Shown here: piece by piece, positions 11,693 through 22,859 of the stretch
Layout of the letters: each line of letters begins with the position of its first letter
How positions within the stretch are numbered: position 1 is the first letter of the stretch
From: Eledone cirrhosa
Taxonomy: Eukaryota
Reading direction: 5' to 3'
Assembly: GCA_964016885.1 (NCBI GenBank)
Contig: OZ024743.1
Location: 262,136,001-262,200,000 of the forward strand
Length of the DNA stretch: 64,000 nt
Made by a program: the position numbers and the translations under genes
The notes under the pieces: generated by a model
Database searches by the model: none
What the model saw: the letters and a program-made list of their open reading frames with translations, nothing else
Told to the model about the DNA's origin: nothing

Positions 11693-13745
11693 ATCATCAT
11701 CATCATCATCGTTTAACGTCCCTGTTCCACGCTTGCATGGGTTTGGACGGGGGTTTTCCCACTTGAGGCAAGAGTGGTTGTCTTGCTCGCATAGGACTGT
11801 CTGGCGGGTTTTCTACAGCTGGATGCCCTTCCTAACACCAACCACATTTACAGTGTGGGACTGGGAGGTTTTTACCGTGTTGCCTACACGGCCACATTAC
11901 AGCGTGGACTGTGTGTTTTTTTGTCGTGACACCTACACGATCTCGTTTGTTTCGGCCTGGATGTTGTGGCACCAACATAACTTTGCATTGAAGGAGGCGG
12001 TGTGGATGGGGTGGGACGGGGGTGTATTTTGTTAGAGATGCCTACTGACTAGTAGGTTTTACTTTGTATTTAGGTAAGGCGGGTTTTCTCTGTTACTGAG
12101 TAACGCCAAAGGTCTCGGTCCAGTGACATTGTCTTGGAGAGGTGTAAGTGTGTGAGGTCGGAATTTATCAGCTCGTCCCAGGTTTTCCTGGGCCTGCCTA
12201 CTCCGTGGCTACCATCTATCTTTATTGCCCTGCACTTTGTTATACAGCTGTCGTCTTTCATGCGCATCACGTGACCATACCAACGTAGCCTTCTCTCGAG
12301 TAAACATCTGATCCCTCTTATTTCTAATTTTTCCCTTAGTTCGTTTATGCTTTGCCGTTCACGTATATTACTATTACACATCCAGCGGAGCATGCAAGCT
12401 TCGTTCCTCTCTAGTCTGCGTATATCCTCTGCACACAATGCCCAGGTCTCACTGCCATGCAACATTGCTGTTCGTATGCAGGCATCATACAACCTGCCTT
12501 TCATTTTTAGGGAGAACCCTTTAGCGGCTAATAGTGGTATAAGCTCTCTGAACTTTTTCCATCCAGTTCTGACTCTAGCTACTGTACTTTCAGCGCACCC
12601 TCCCCCACTGCTGATTTTGTCACCCAGGTAACGGAAGCTGTCCACTATTTCAGCAGGTTTGCTTTCAGGAATTCCCACTGTTCCTCTACCTTGTACGACT
12701 CTAATTGCTCTTCCTTACTGTCGAAAGCATCAAGTAATATGCTTTGAAATTTATTTCTGGCTGTGGGATCCTTTAGCTTCCATATTTTTCTCCTGAGGAT
12801 AGTCCTCTTCTGCTGTTTAGTACGTCTCGTCCTGACTATGAGGTTGCTAATTATCAGTCTATGTTGGGAGGTGCATTCTTCATGGGGGAGGGATTTAGTG
12901 TTTACAACAGACACTCTGTCACGTCTTCTGGTAAGGATATAATCTACCTGGCTGGTATGTTCTCCTGATCTGTAGGTGATCAAGGGATTGTCTCGTTTTT
13001 TTAAGTTAGTGTTACAGATAGTTAGGTTGTTCGCATCACAGAATTCCAGGATTCTGGAGCCTTCCTCGTTTCTAGTACCAAACCCATAGCCTCCGTGGAT
13101 TCCGTCATAGCCGTCACAATGTTGTCCAACGTGACCATTTAGGTCGCCAGCAATAATTATATAGTCACTGTCGATTATTTGGGAGGTAGTGAGCATCAGT
13201 GTCTCATAGAATCTGTCTTTTATAGCGCCAGGCAGTCCGGATTGGGGCGCGTATGCAGATATTACTGTCACGGTAGTTCTGTTTAGAACAAGTCTTATTT
13301 TAATTATTCTGTCATTCACTCTATTTTCATCTATTATCTTATCCACCCATTTTTCTGCTAACATGATTCCTACCCCACCTATCCCATTGTCATTCCCCAC
13401 CCAGAAAAGCTTATAGCAACGTTTTTTACCCACAATGAATCTAGCAGACCCGCCCCTCCACCTGGTCTCTTGGATACAGCAAACATCAACCTCCTTACGT
13501 TCAAGCATTTCTACAACCTCGTTAGAGCGGCCTTTTAAGGTGCCTACGTTCATGGTACCAACTCTGAAGTTTTGGATTGTGTTTGAAGGATGGGGCGCAG
13601 GGAGGGGTGAGGGGAATGAGTTTGGGGTTATGTTGGCCATCCGCGGCCGAAACAAATAGGGGGGGGGGCCTTGCCCCTTCGTCCGGCAGCATGAGGTGAA
13701 TTTGTCGTTATCTTTGGCATTGTCATCGAGTGTCCAGATTCTTCA
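11693..13745 (-). mobile_element. RTE LINE subfamily 1 retaining its 5' region, with a ~1.5-kb internal deletion removing RT
   Basis: APE ORF 12645-13655 (VGTMNVGTL, CIQETRW, SAYAPQ, GDLNGHVG, SQVDYIL, SQHRLI) is joined directly to IVDSFRYLG and the C-terminus (12070-12650). 3' UTR and (CAT)n tail at 11693-11710. Confidence 0.95.
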
Positions 13746-14105
13746 GACTCTCCAGAAATTCCTTAGTCCATCCATCATATCGAAAAGCAGCCAGTAGTGA
13801 TAGCATAGGCCGTTGACTTGTGATTGGTCCAAATAGTAAAGGTGGAGAGTGGGGGCGGGAGGGAGGGATATGGGATAATCTTTAATCCACCAGTACTGTA
13901 CTTCAGAGCTAGTTCCTGTTTTCATGAAACTCAATTTTTCCACCTCTATAAGTATTTATCATAATCTATGGAACCACATAATGATTTCTGATTTAGACAT
14001 TAGGCCAACAATTTGGTGGTGGGAGAGAAAGTTAATTAAATCGACTCCAGTGCATTATTTTAATTTTATTTTATTGACACCGTAAGGATGAAGGACAAAG
14101 CTTAA

Positions 14106-14240
14106 CCTTAGCAGGATTTGAACTCATTGAAGTACATAATAGAATGTTTCATTCCTTCTAAAAAAAAGACACCTTAGCGGGATTTGAACTCATGGAAGTA
14201 CATAATAGAATGTTCCATTCCTTCTCCAAAAACACACCTT
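14106..14240. repeat. ~65-bp imperfect tandem duplication
   Basis: ACCTTAGCRGGATTTGAACTCATKGAAGTACATAATAGAATGTTYCATTCCTTCT occurs twice. Confidence 0.85.
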
Positions 14241-14437
14241 CTCTAGTACTACTACTTTAGTGCCATCATTTCCAGCATCTGAGGCTGGTTGAAACCATTA
14301 TTTTGAAATGTTTCCCATTCTCAGAACTGTTCACTAGAACTGTTTCCATGAATCCAACTCTACCAGAAACTAGTTCTGCTACACCATACTCTAGTGTTCT
14401 CTTATTCTTGAGATGGTTTGTGAAAGTATTGTTTCTT

Positions 14438-14670
14438 TTAACCCTGACATTACCATATTCCTAATGATATACACTGTATTAATTAGTGAATTTTTCTAAA
14501 GAATTTACTAAAATTATTATTTATTTCATTATAAAAATAGTATTTGTATCAAATGATTCCTATATAGTCATTTTGAAAGGTTTTAATTTAAATAGGAACC
14601 CTCTAAAATGTATGGTTTTGTTTCAGAGAACCAGGCGTAATTTGGGGCAGGTTGGAATCAAAAGGGTTAA
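14438..14670. mobile_element. TTAA-flanked MITE
   Basis: TTAACCCT...AAAGGGTTAA termini. A similar left end occurs near 27655. Confidence 0.55.
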
Positions 14671-16093
14671 CATAAGCTTGCCAAGTAGCCAGACTATGTA
14701 TGGGCTCCATTGAAGTTTGTCATTGCAGTTTATGCTGTTGAGGTTCTCTCTCACCTATATTCTTTCCACCCTTGTGTATATGTTCAGTTAGGTCCTCTAC
14801 ACTTATTTTTTATCCAGGCCAAGTATGTGGACACACTCTTGACTACATGACTAGAAGTAATTATATCTATTATCCAAGCTGAGTTTTAACCACTATAATA
14901 ATGTTGGATTTTTTTATGATAGTGATACTCTATTAAATGTTCATTATCTTTCATAAACTACTACAGCTGTCATTTACAATTGAATATGATTTGGTAGTGT
15001 GTACAATGCTTTCTCTAAAGCTATTATATGCTGATGCAGTCACGAGCAGACAAGCAGACGCAGACACTCTCTTGATCCAGCAGTGCATTCAGGATGTTAC
15101 AGTTGGAAGGAACTAGGGCTTACCAGCACTGGACTGGTACTTTCTTTATCAATCCTGAAAGGATGAAAAACAAAGTGGATCTCAGGGGTAATTGAACTTG
15201 GAATGCAGAAATATTCAACTTTCTTTTTATATTTTATGTCTCCATTATCTATTAAAATCTTATAATGATTTAGCAGAAACTATCTAAAAATGGGTTTGTT
15301 AAATTCAAGTGTGTATAGTAGTTTTACTATAGGATAGATCATTGTGAAAATTTACATTATTAGATAGCATAGAGACTTTAACTTTTAATGTTAAGCAGTC
15401 ATAGTGTTGTTTTGTACTTTTCAAGAATGTCTTGCTAATGTGATTTCATGTGGTACAGGACATTAAGAATTAAGGATGCAAATTTTATGTTGCTGGTGCC
15501 AATATTGATACACCTTGCATGATATTTACAAACATTGATCACTATGTATAGTTGTCCATAATGGAAATCTTATTGATCAATATTCGATTAAATAAAGTAA
15601 AATTTTGTTCATGTATTGTTGATATGAAGTAATCAGAAAATAAAATTGAAATTGGTTGCAATGAAAGATTTTTTGTTTGTTTGCTTTTATCTTGAAGGAA
15701 ATTCACATAAAGTGATGTCTGACTTTCTACTATAGATAGATAGATAATGTCTTCGTCATTGTTAGTGTCAACACGATTTATGTCCAAAGTATTTACTTTC
15801 ACAGGAAAGGAATAATGAAACACTGGAGTGGTTTAAAGTGTTTTAATCACATGTAAGTTTTAGCAATGCAGCAGTTACAAAACACTGATGTAAAGTAATG
15901 ACATTAAGCACATTTTAGCAGATTGATCATTTTCACTTCACTCAGATTTTCCATTTGTGAAATTTAATTAAAATGTAGACATTAGCTTTTAATGCATTTA
16001 CACAGTTCTTATATAGAATTCTAGTGACTCACCATTGAAACCAAATCTATTGCTCCACTACTGTCTATGTTAAGGACATAACATGGCCTAAGT

Positions 16094-16541
16094 CAAGGGT
16101 TTCAAACTCAAGGACTCAAAAGGACCATTACATCCTGGTGAAGAGGTACAGCAGGTCTAAAGTGAGATGAGGTGGTTTCCACTAATTATAATGCTAATCT
16201 GTAATAAAGCTAATAGGCTGATATTTATTATTATTTTAGTCAAAATAAATATGCATATGATAGTGAGATATGTGAATTAGTAGAAAATATAGGGGGACAA
16301 ATTTTCTGTTTCAAATTTTTCTTGATTCTGTTTTTAATTTTGGTTTATTCTCTTTTTGCCATTCTCACTTTTGATAAATTTAGTTTTATCCATTTTTTTG
16401 TATTTTTTGTATTTCGTAAATTGCAATAAATTTTACTATAAATATTATTAAAATATGGAAAACAAAAGCAATGTGCTCTGAAAGTTGTTCTGTGACAGAT
16501 CATAGAAAAGTAGTTTGTGAGCCATGTATTTGAGACCCCTG
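16094..16541. mobile_element. hAT-type MITE
   Basis: TIRs CAAGGGTTTCAAAC / ATTTGAGACCCCTG. 8-bp TSD GCCTAAGT/GTCTAAGT. Confidence 0.8.
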
Positions 16542-17484
16542 GTCTAAGTTGTCTGCATAGTGTATGTCTTAGCCATTTTTACCAACAGTTATTTTGAGTT
16601 TTTTCTTAAAAAAAGATGTGATCTTCACTGCCAGACAGTGAATTTTTTATGCAACATTTGAAATATTAAGGAAAAATTAATGTGTATTATACACAAGAGA
16701 TATTTTTTCCCTATTTAGGGGTGCACATTATATATGAGTCTGTATTATACTTGAATAAATTTGTTATCTATAGTTTTAGGTACAGTGTTGTCTCAAATCT
16801 ATAGATATGATCTGTAGTACAGAATAGCATTGAAATAAAATACTGTTAAAACAACAGTAATTTATTATTTTGACTTGCTGCAGAGAATGTGTTAAAATAG
16901 ATGAAAATTGGTCTAGCCAATTTACTTGTTAGTAATAGTGGCTTTATAAGCTGTCTCTGATGAAAGTTGATGGTATTACTTAATCAATGCTGAAATTTCA
17001 ACACAGAATTGAAATTTCTCTGGCTCTGAAATTTTGGAATTCCTGGGAAGAAGGAAATTTTCAGATTGTGGACGAATTGGTTTCTATATCTGAAAAGAAG
17101 AGAGTCTGTGTAGCTATTTGGTAACTTTCAAGGGCTTCTCACACATTATCAATTTAATTAATATGCTATTTATTTCTGCAATAATACCAATAACACTCAG
17201 GTTTTAACACTTTAAGAATAAAGCTGTTTAAAAATAAGGCAGATACCTTAATCCAGTGTTTGATATTTTCTGAGTCTGAGAAGCATTTGTAATGGTTATT
17301 TTTAACATTTTGTAAATAATCTAAGTCTTTTAACCATAATTTATCATGTAAATAGACTTACCACACAAAATTAAATTAAAACTGGATAAGCAGGGGTTAA
17401 CTGCATGTTAAAATAATCATTGGGTTTTTGTTAGTTGTCAAAGCAGGATATCCTGGTTAGTCTAATGAGATAGATACACCTACA

Positions 17485-17560
17485 TCAGTTCAGTTAACAA
17501 ATCTCTTTCATTTCTCCACTTTGCTTCACACAATCAACACAACAAACAAGCATGGTAAGT
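17485..17560 (+). promoter_or_regulatory. Candidate TSS and first exon ending in ATG|GTAAGT
   Basis: Overlapping TCAGTT initiator-like motifs at 17485-17495, a CAA-rich leader, then ACAAGCATG immediately followed by a consensus GTAAGT donor. Lies in a TE-poor stretch. Confidence 0.3.
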
Positions 17561-18169
17561 TTTTAAAAGAAATTTCCCTCACACCATTTCATTGCTATTT
17601 TAAAAATTTTTTTTTTTATTAGAGCCACTTTTATTACTGATTAATTGTCATTAATATGTTTTAAATGGAATAATCATCGACAATTAGTTTCAATAGTAAA
17701 ATTTGCAATATTTGAGTAAAGACTTCAATTTTTAATATGGTGCAGAACATTTTGCTATCTTGGTTTCATGTGGAATAAGCTATTGATAGCAGCTTCAAAT
17801 TGTCCATGGGAAGCCTGTCATTATCAAAGCTAACAGAGTGTAGAGCATACAAATGAGGATATAGAAAACATGTTTGTGACATGGATATAAGTAGAGAAGT
17901 GCAATGATCAGAGTGCTAACCTTTGATTCATTCAGTTAATGAAAGATCAGACCAATAATGTCAGTAGCAAGGTGTTTCCATAGGAGTTTCTCTTTGGATG
18001 CTGAGTAATGATCAGGTTAAACAGTGTTCAAAAACATAAAGAACTAGGAAGAATTGAAAAGATAGTTGGATTAGCTGTAGAACCTAACACATGTCACCAG
18101 AGAATGAAGTGTATGTAATTTTAGCATCTGTACAGCACTGATGTATCTACAACACCTTAAATAATTACA

Positions 18170-18465
18170 AAGTGGCTCTGTGGTTAGGGTGTTCAGCTCA
18201 TGATTATACATTCATTAATTTGATTCCCTTCTTCAATAAGACACTTTATTTCATGTTGCTCCAGTCCAGTCAGCTGGCAAAAATGAGTTGTATCTGTAAT
18301 TCAAAGGCCCAGCCTTGTCATATATTATGTCATACTGAATCTCCCTGAGAATTACATTAAGAGAACACATATCTGTGGAATGCTCAGCCACTTTCACATT
18401 AATTTCATGAGCAGGATGTTTCATTGTTTAAACAACATGGAACATTGATCATTGGAACCAATAGA
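18170..18465 (+). mobile_element. tRNA/CORE-type SINE family S2, old copy with tail type c
   Basis: GTGGCT..GTGGTTAGG head, AAGACACTTTATTTCATGTTGCTCCAG core, tail CTGTAATTCAAAGG..CAGCCTTGTCA also seen near 4915. Confidence 0.7.
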
Positions 18466-18999
18466 GGGTCACACATGCACACACGCACACGCGTAGACAC
18501 ACACTCACACACACACATCTACACTGCCTCAAACAGCTACATTTCCTACATCTACATCACTTAAAACAGCTACAACCACCACATGGTTCACCACCTCAAA
18601 CAGCTACACCGATTCCTACATGGTATACCAACTAATACCTCTATATCAATTGAAGTATCTACTAGTCAAACATCAAAAGAATTAATATGCTGTGTATGCT
18701 AATAAAATGTCTTTCTGTTGTCTATTATATTTTTAATTAGTTTAGCTTTCACAGATTTCAGTTCGTTAATAAAGTGTCCAATACCTGATGTCTATTACAT
18801 TAATATATTTTGCTGAAAAAAATGTTAGACATTTGATAGAATACCAAGGCATTCTATCAATATCCATTGGTAATGTACAGAAGGTCAAAATGAATTGATA
18901 GTCTATACTATCTAGATAGTCTATACAGTAGTTTCACTCAGTGTCTGTCTGTATGTATGTATTTGTGTGTGTGTGTGTGGTTGTTTGTGTATGTACATT

Positions 19000-19297
19000 T
19001 TGAGTACGTTTTTGACCGGCCACCTTCCTGGTGGCAAGCTTGGAAAGAAATTGTCATCCCTTGAACGCAAGAATGTTTTGCAAATTTTGAAGGTGCCAGC
19101 TATCATAGCCATTTGTAGTCTATGAATTAGGGAGCTGTGCTCTTTGTCCACAAATCCAAGTTCAGTCATACTTTGGTCCAAGCAGGTTGGTATAAAACCT
19201 GTAGCTCCAATAATAATGGGTATGAAGCTGAAGTTGTATCTTGGATACTGGATCTGCAAACTCCTCATCAATGGTCTGTAGATGGCCTCCTTCTCCT
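19000..19297 (-). mobile_element. 3' fragment of an R4/Dong-like (RLE-type) non-LTR retrotransposon
   Basis: EKEAIYRPLMRSLQ...FIPIIIGATGFIP...LG...RLQMAMIAGTFKICK matches the C-terminus after a restriction-like endonuclease. Bounded by (TACA/TATG)n. Confidence 0.7.
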
Positions 19298-19469
19298 GTA
19301 TGTATGTATGTGGAGTGTACATATGTATATATATAACGGTTGTCTTGTTTTCAATCTTCATTTTCGAATTTTTTTTGTCTTTACTGGATTTTTTCTGTTT
19401 CTCCATTGCGATCCTGTCTCTATTTGCACTCCTGAAGAAGGGCTTAAGCCCGACTCGTCGAACTTTCAT

Positions 19470-19695
19470 GGAAGGCATGTGGCTGAGTGGTTAAAGAATT
19501 GGATTCACAATCGTGAGGTTGTGAGTTCAATTCCCATACTAGGCAATGCGTTATGTCCTTGAGCAAGACACTTTATATCACATTGTTCCTCCTACCTGGA
19601 GATGCGACTGACCGATAGATAGTATTAGCAATTGGAAAGACAAATGGAAACATTGTTTCCCCTGTCTGATTAAGCGAAAGTCGATTGACTGTCGA
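19470..19695 (+). mobile_element. SINE family S2 with tail type b
   Basis: GGCATGTGGCTGAGTGGTTAAAG head, GAGTTCAATTCC B-box, GTCCTTGAGCAAGACACTT core. Second copy at 62912-63130. Confidence 0.85.
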
Positions 19696-20069
19696 TATAT
19701 ATATATATACACACACATATATATATATACATACAAAACATGTAGTGGGCACACAGGACAATGACAACGGATAAACAATCCTATCTCCTCAATCAACCTC
19801 TGGAAATCACTACAGTTTCAATGGCTTTTTTTTTTTTCCTCTACACCTTTTTCTCACTTTTTCTCTATTATTCCCTCTCCTTCTCTGGAAGAAATCAACT
19901 GTGTTCAGACCTGGAGAGGCGATGGGCTCTGCAAATTTTTTTTAAATGCCCAAGAAACACTGTATGTCACTGCAGTGCCCCTATGACACTACCAGGAGTT
20001 ACTGGTACATACATACATACACACACACATACACACATATGTACACATACATACATACACATACATACA

Positions 20070-20683
20070 TACATGGTGACTGCCAACTCGTTTTCGAGTA
20101 CGGCCACTACTTTATATCCATGTAGGAGAACCCCTACCGATGCGCTGAACGAGTGTGACTTTTTAGTCCAGCCAGCGACTTGAAAACTCTGGTACAAACA
20201 CTACACTTGTGACAATTACTGACACATAGTGCTGGGCCCATTGTACCCTGTGATGACAAGTGCAGAGAGATCTACAGATATAAAGCAATGCCTGTGCCGT
20301 GAAGCTTTTATAGTGAGCAAAGGCACTGCACAAAGCCAGTCCCACTCTCTTAACCAAGATGATATTTACTAAAAAGAAGAACAAGTCAACATCATTGGAT
20401 ACCATCAGGGTTGCAGGTGTTATATCAGAGTTTTCCTTCTCCTAGAATTCTGCCTTGACAAAGGCTAAAGGGTCATCTCTCCCGGTGATTTTGGATGGCT
20501 ATTGACTCTTAAGAGCTCCTTTGCCCTTTTGACAGGTTTTGTTTTTAGTCCTGCTGGATGTCCAAAGTCACCTACCTCACCAAGAAACCTTGGTGGGGTT
20601 GCCAGTTTAGTCGCCAACGACCTGACCATGGGACAGGTTGTACTGGGATACATGTTACCAGTAGCACCAACTGGTGACCTGAC
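20070..20683 (-). mobile_element. Non-autonomous RTE-derived element (~610 bp) with (ATGT)n tail
   Basis: Contains the RTE 5'-UTR-like motif CTAGGAGAAGGAAAACTCTGA (recalled) and no RT. Highly similar 5'-truncated copies at 62272-62770(+) and 63653-64000(+). Confidence 0.75.
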
Positions 20684-20710
20684 ATACATATATATATATA
20701 TATACACATA

Positions 20711-20741
<31 letters not shown>

Positions 20742-20765
20742 ACACACATATATATATATATATAT

Positions 20766-22859
20766 GTAGGCAGGAGGAGAGTAACATGGTGGTGGAACAG
20801 TAGGGTGGAGGGGTCAATTAAGGCCAAAAAGCAGGCTTGGAAAGTATGGCGGGATGGGGGAAGTAGAGTAGACTATCAAGTGGCCAGGAGGGAAGCTAGG
20901 AGAGAAGTGTACTTAGCAAGAAGGGAAGCTGAGGAAAGAAAGTTCAAGCATGTTCTACAACGCGATGACCAAAAACGTGAGGTGTTCAGGATTGCTAGGC
21001 AATGCGTCAAGGAAAACCGTGATATTGTCGGGGAGAAGTGTGTACTTAACGATGATGGCATACTTGCCGTCACCGACACTGATAAGAAGGTAGCTTGGAA
21101 GTGTCACTATGAAAGGCTACTAAATGAGGAGAATAAATGGGAGAAAGACAGTCTCCCCCATATCGACCCAATAGAGGGACCAGCAGTGTTAGTCGAGGGG
21201 AGTATAATAAGTAAGGCAATCAAGGATATGAAGACGGGTAAGGCGGCTGGGCCTTCGGAAATAGTTGCTGAGATGCTGAAGGCATCTGGCACGGTGGGAC
21301 ACACCATGGTCACCCGCATAGTTAACCAAGTCGTACAGAATGGGGTTGTTCCGAAGGACTGGCATAACAGCATCATCGTTAACTGTTATAAGGGTAAAGG
21401 AGACGCCCTAGATAGGAGTAACTATAGAGGCATTAAATTAATCGACCAGGTCATGAAGGTCACGGAAAAAGTAATAGCGCAACTAATCAGAGAGAGAATT
21501 GACCTAGATGAAATGCAGTTCGGGTTTGTGTCAGGCAAAAGCACCACAGACGCTCTTTTCATTGTACGACAACTACAGGAGAAGTACCTAGCTAAAGGTA
21601 AACCCCTCTACTTAGCTTTTGTCGACCTGGAGAAAGCCTTCGACAGAGTCCCCCGCTCCATTATCTGGTGGGCTCTTAGAAAACTAGGCGTTGACGAATG
21701 GCTTGTGAGGGCTATACAAGCCATGTATAAAGAAACAGTCAGCAAGGTTAGAATTAACAACGAATATAGTGAAGAGTTTAGCGTAAAAGTTGGCGTCCAT
21801 CAGGGCTCTGTTCTCAGCCCCCTACTATTTATTATTGCCCTTCAGGCTATAACAGAGGAGTTCAAGACAGGCTGCCCATGGGAACTCCTATACGCAGACG
21901 ACCTGACACTCATAGCGGAATCAATGGCCGAGCTAGAGAAGAAATTCCAAACATGGAAGCACGGCCTAGAGTCAAAAGGACTTAAAATTAACCTGGCTAA
22001 GACCAAAGTTCTAGTTTGTAGGAAAGAAAACAAGGCGGCGGTCCCTTCTGGGAAATGGTCGTGCTCGGTGTGTAGGAAAGGCGTAGGTAGAAACTCCATT
22101 TTATGTCCTAAATGCAAAGTATGGGTGCATAAAAGATGTAGTGGGATCACAGGTAAGCTAACTAAGAACATAGATTTTACATGTGGCCGGTGTTCTGGTG
22201 CAATAAGTAGCAGCAAGTGCCCACAAAATACTAGCTCTTTCAATTGCGCAGAGGGTTCTATAGAAATAGTGGACAGCTTCCGTTACCTGGGCGATAAAAT
22301 CAGCAGTGGGGGAGGGTGCTCTGAAAGTACTGTAGCTAGAGTCAGAACTGGTTGGAAAAAGTTCAGAGAGCTTATACCACTATTAGCTGCTAAAGGGTTC
22401 TCCCTAAAAATGAAAGGCAGGTTGTACGATGCCTGCATACGAACAGCAATGTTGCATGGTAGTGAGACCTGGGCATTGTGTGCAGAGGATATACGCAGAC
22501 TAGAGAGGAACGAAGCTTGCATGCTCCGCTGGATGTGTAACAGTAATATACGTGAACGGCAAAGCATAAACGAACTAAGGAAAAAATTAGAGATAAGAGG
22601 GATCAGATGTTGTTTACTCGAGAGAAGGCTGCGTTGGTATGGACACGTGATGCGCATGAAAGTCGATAGCTGTATAACAAAGTGCAGGGCAATAAAGATA
22701 GACGGTAGCCACGGAATAGGCAGACCTAGAAAAACCTGGGATGAGCTGATAAACTCCGACCTCACACACTTACACCTCTCCAAGACAATGTCACTGGACC
22801 GAGACCTTTGGCGGTACTCAGTAACAGAGAAGACCCGCCTTGCCAGTAGGCATCTCTAA
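20766..22859 (+). CDS. 5'-truncated RTE LINE ORF: RT with inserted PHD finger plus C-terminal domain, uninterrupted
   Basis: [74 protein letters not shown]. The ORF-track extension to 20502 is spurious read-through of flanking repeats. Confidence 0.93.
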   Translation, partial: VGRRRVTWWWNSRVEGSIKAKKQAWKVWRDGGSRVDYQVARREARREVYLARREAEERKFKHVLQRDDQKREVFRIARQCVKENRDIVGEKCVLNDDGILAVTDTDKKVAWKCHYERLLNEENKWEKDSLPHIDPIEGPAVLVEGSIISKAIKDMKTGKAAGPSEIVAEMLKASGTVGHTMVTRIVNQVVQNGVVPKDWHNSIIVNCYKGKGDALDRSNYRGIKLIDQVMKVTEKVIAQLIRERIDLDEMQFGFVSGKSTTDALFIVRQLQEKYLAKGKPLYLAFVDLEKAFDRVPRSIIWWALRKLGVDEWLVRAIQAMYKETVSKVRINNEYSEEFSVKVGVHQGSVLSPLLFIIALQAITEEFKTGCPWELLYADDLTLIAESMAELEKKFQTWKHGLESKGLKINLAKTKVLVCRKENKAAVPSGKWSCSVCRKGVGRNSILCPKCKVWVHKRCSGITGKLTKNIDFTCGRCSGAISSSKCPQNTSSFNCAEGSIEIVDSFRYLGDKISSGGGCSESTVARVRTGWKKFRELIPLLAAKGFSLKMKGRLYDACIRTAMLHGSETWALCAEDIRRLERNEACMLRWMCNSNIRERQSINELRKKLEIRGIRCCLLERRLRWYGHVMRMKVDSCITKCRAIKIDGSHGIGRPRKTWDELINSDLTHLHLSKTMSLDRDLWRYSVTEKTRLASRHL

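Noticed and set aside
16950-17008. CTGATGA...GAAA with partial stems
   Set aside because: No valid NUH or stem III; at best an old decayed motif.
20502-20765. N-terminal extension of the 785-aa ORF
   Set aside because: It reads through the antisense strand of another element and a (TA)n tract, so it is not part of the LINE protein.
21842-22783. Antisense ORFs conserved across RTE copies
   Set aside because: Explained as shadows of the sense ORF in near-identical copies.
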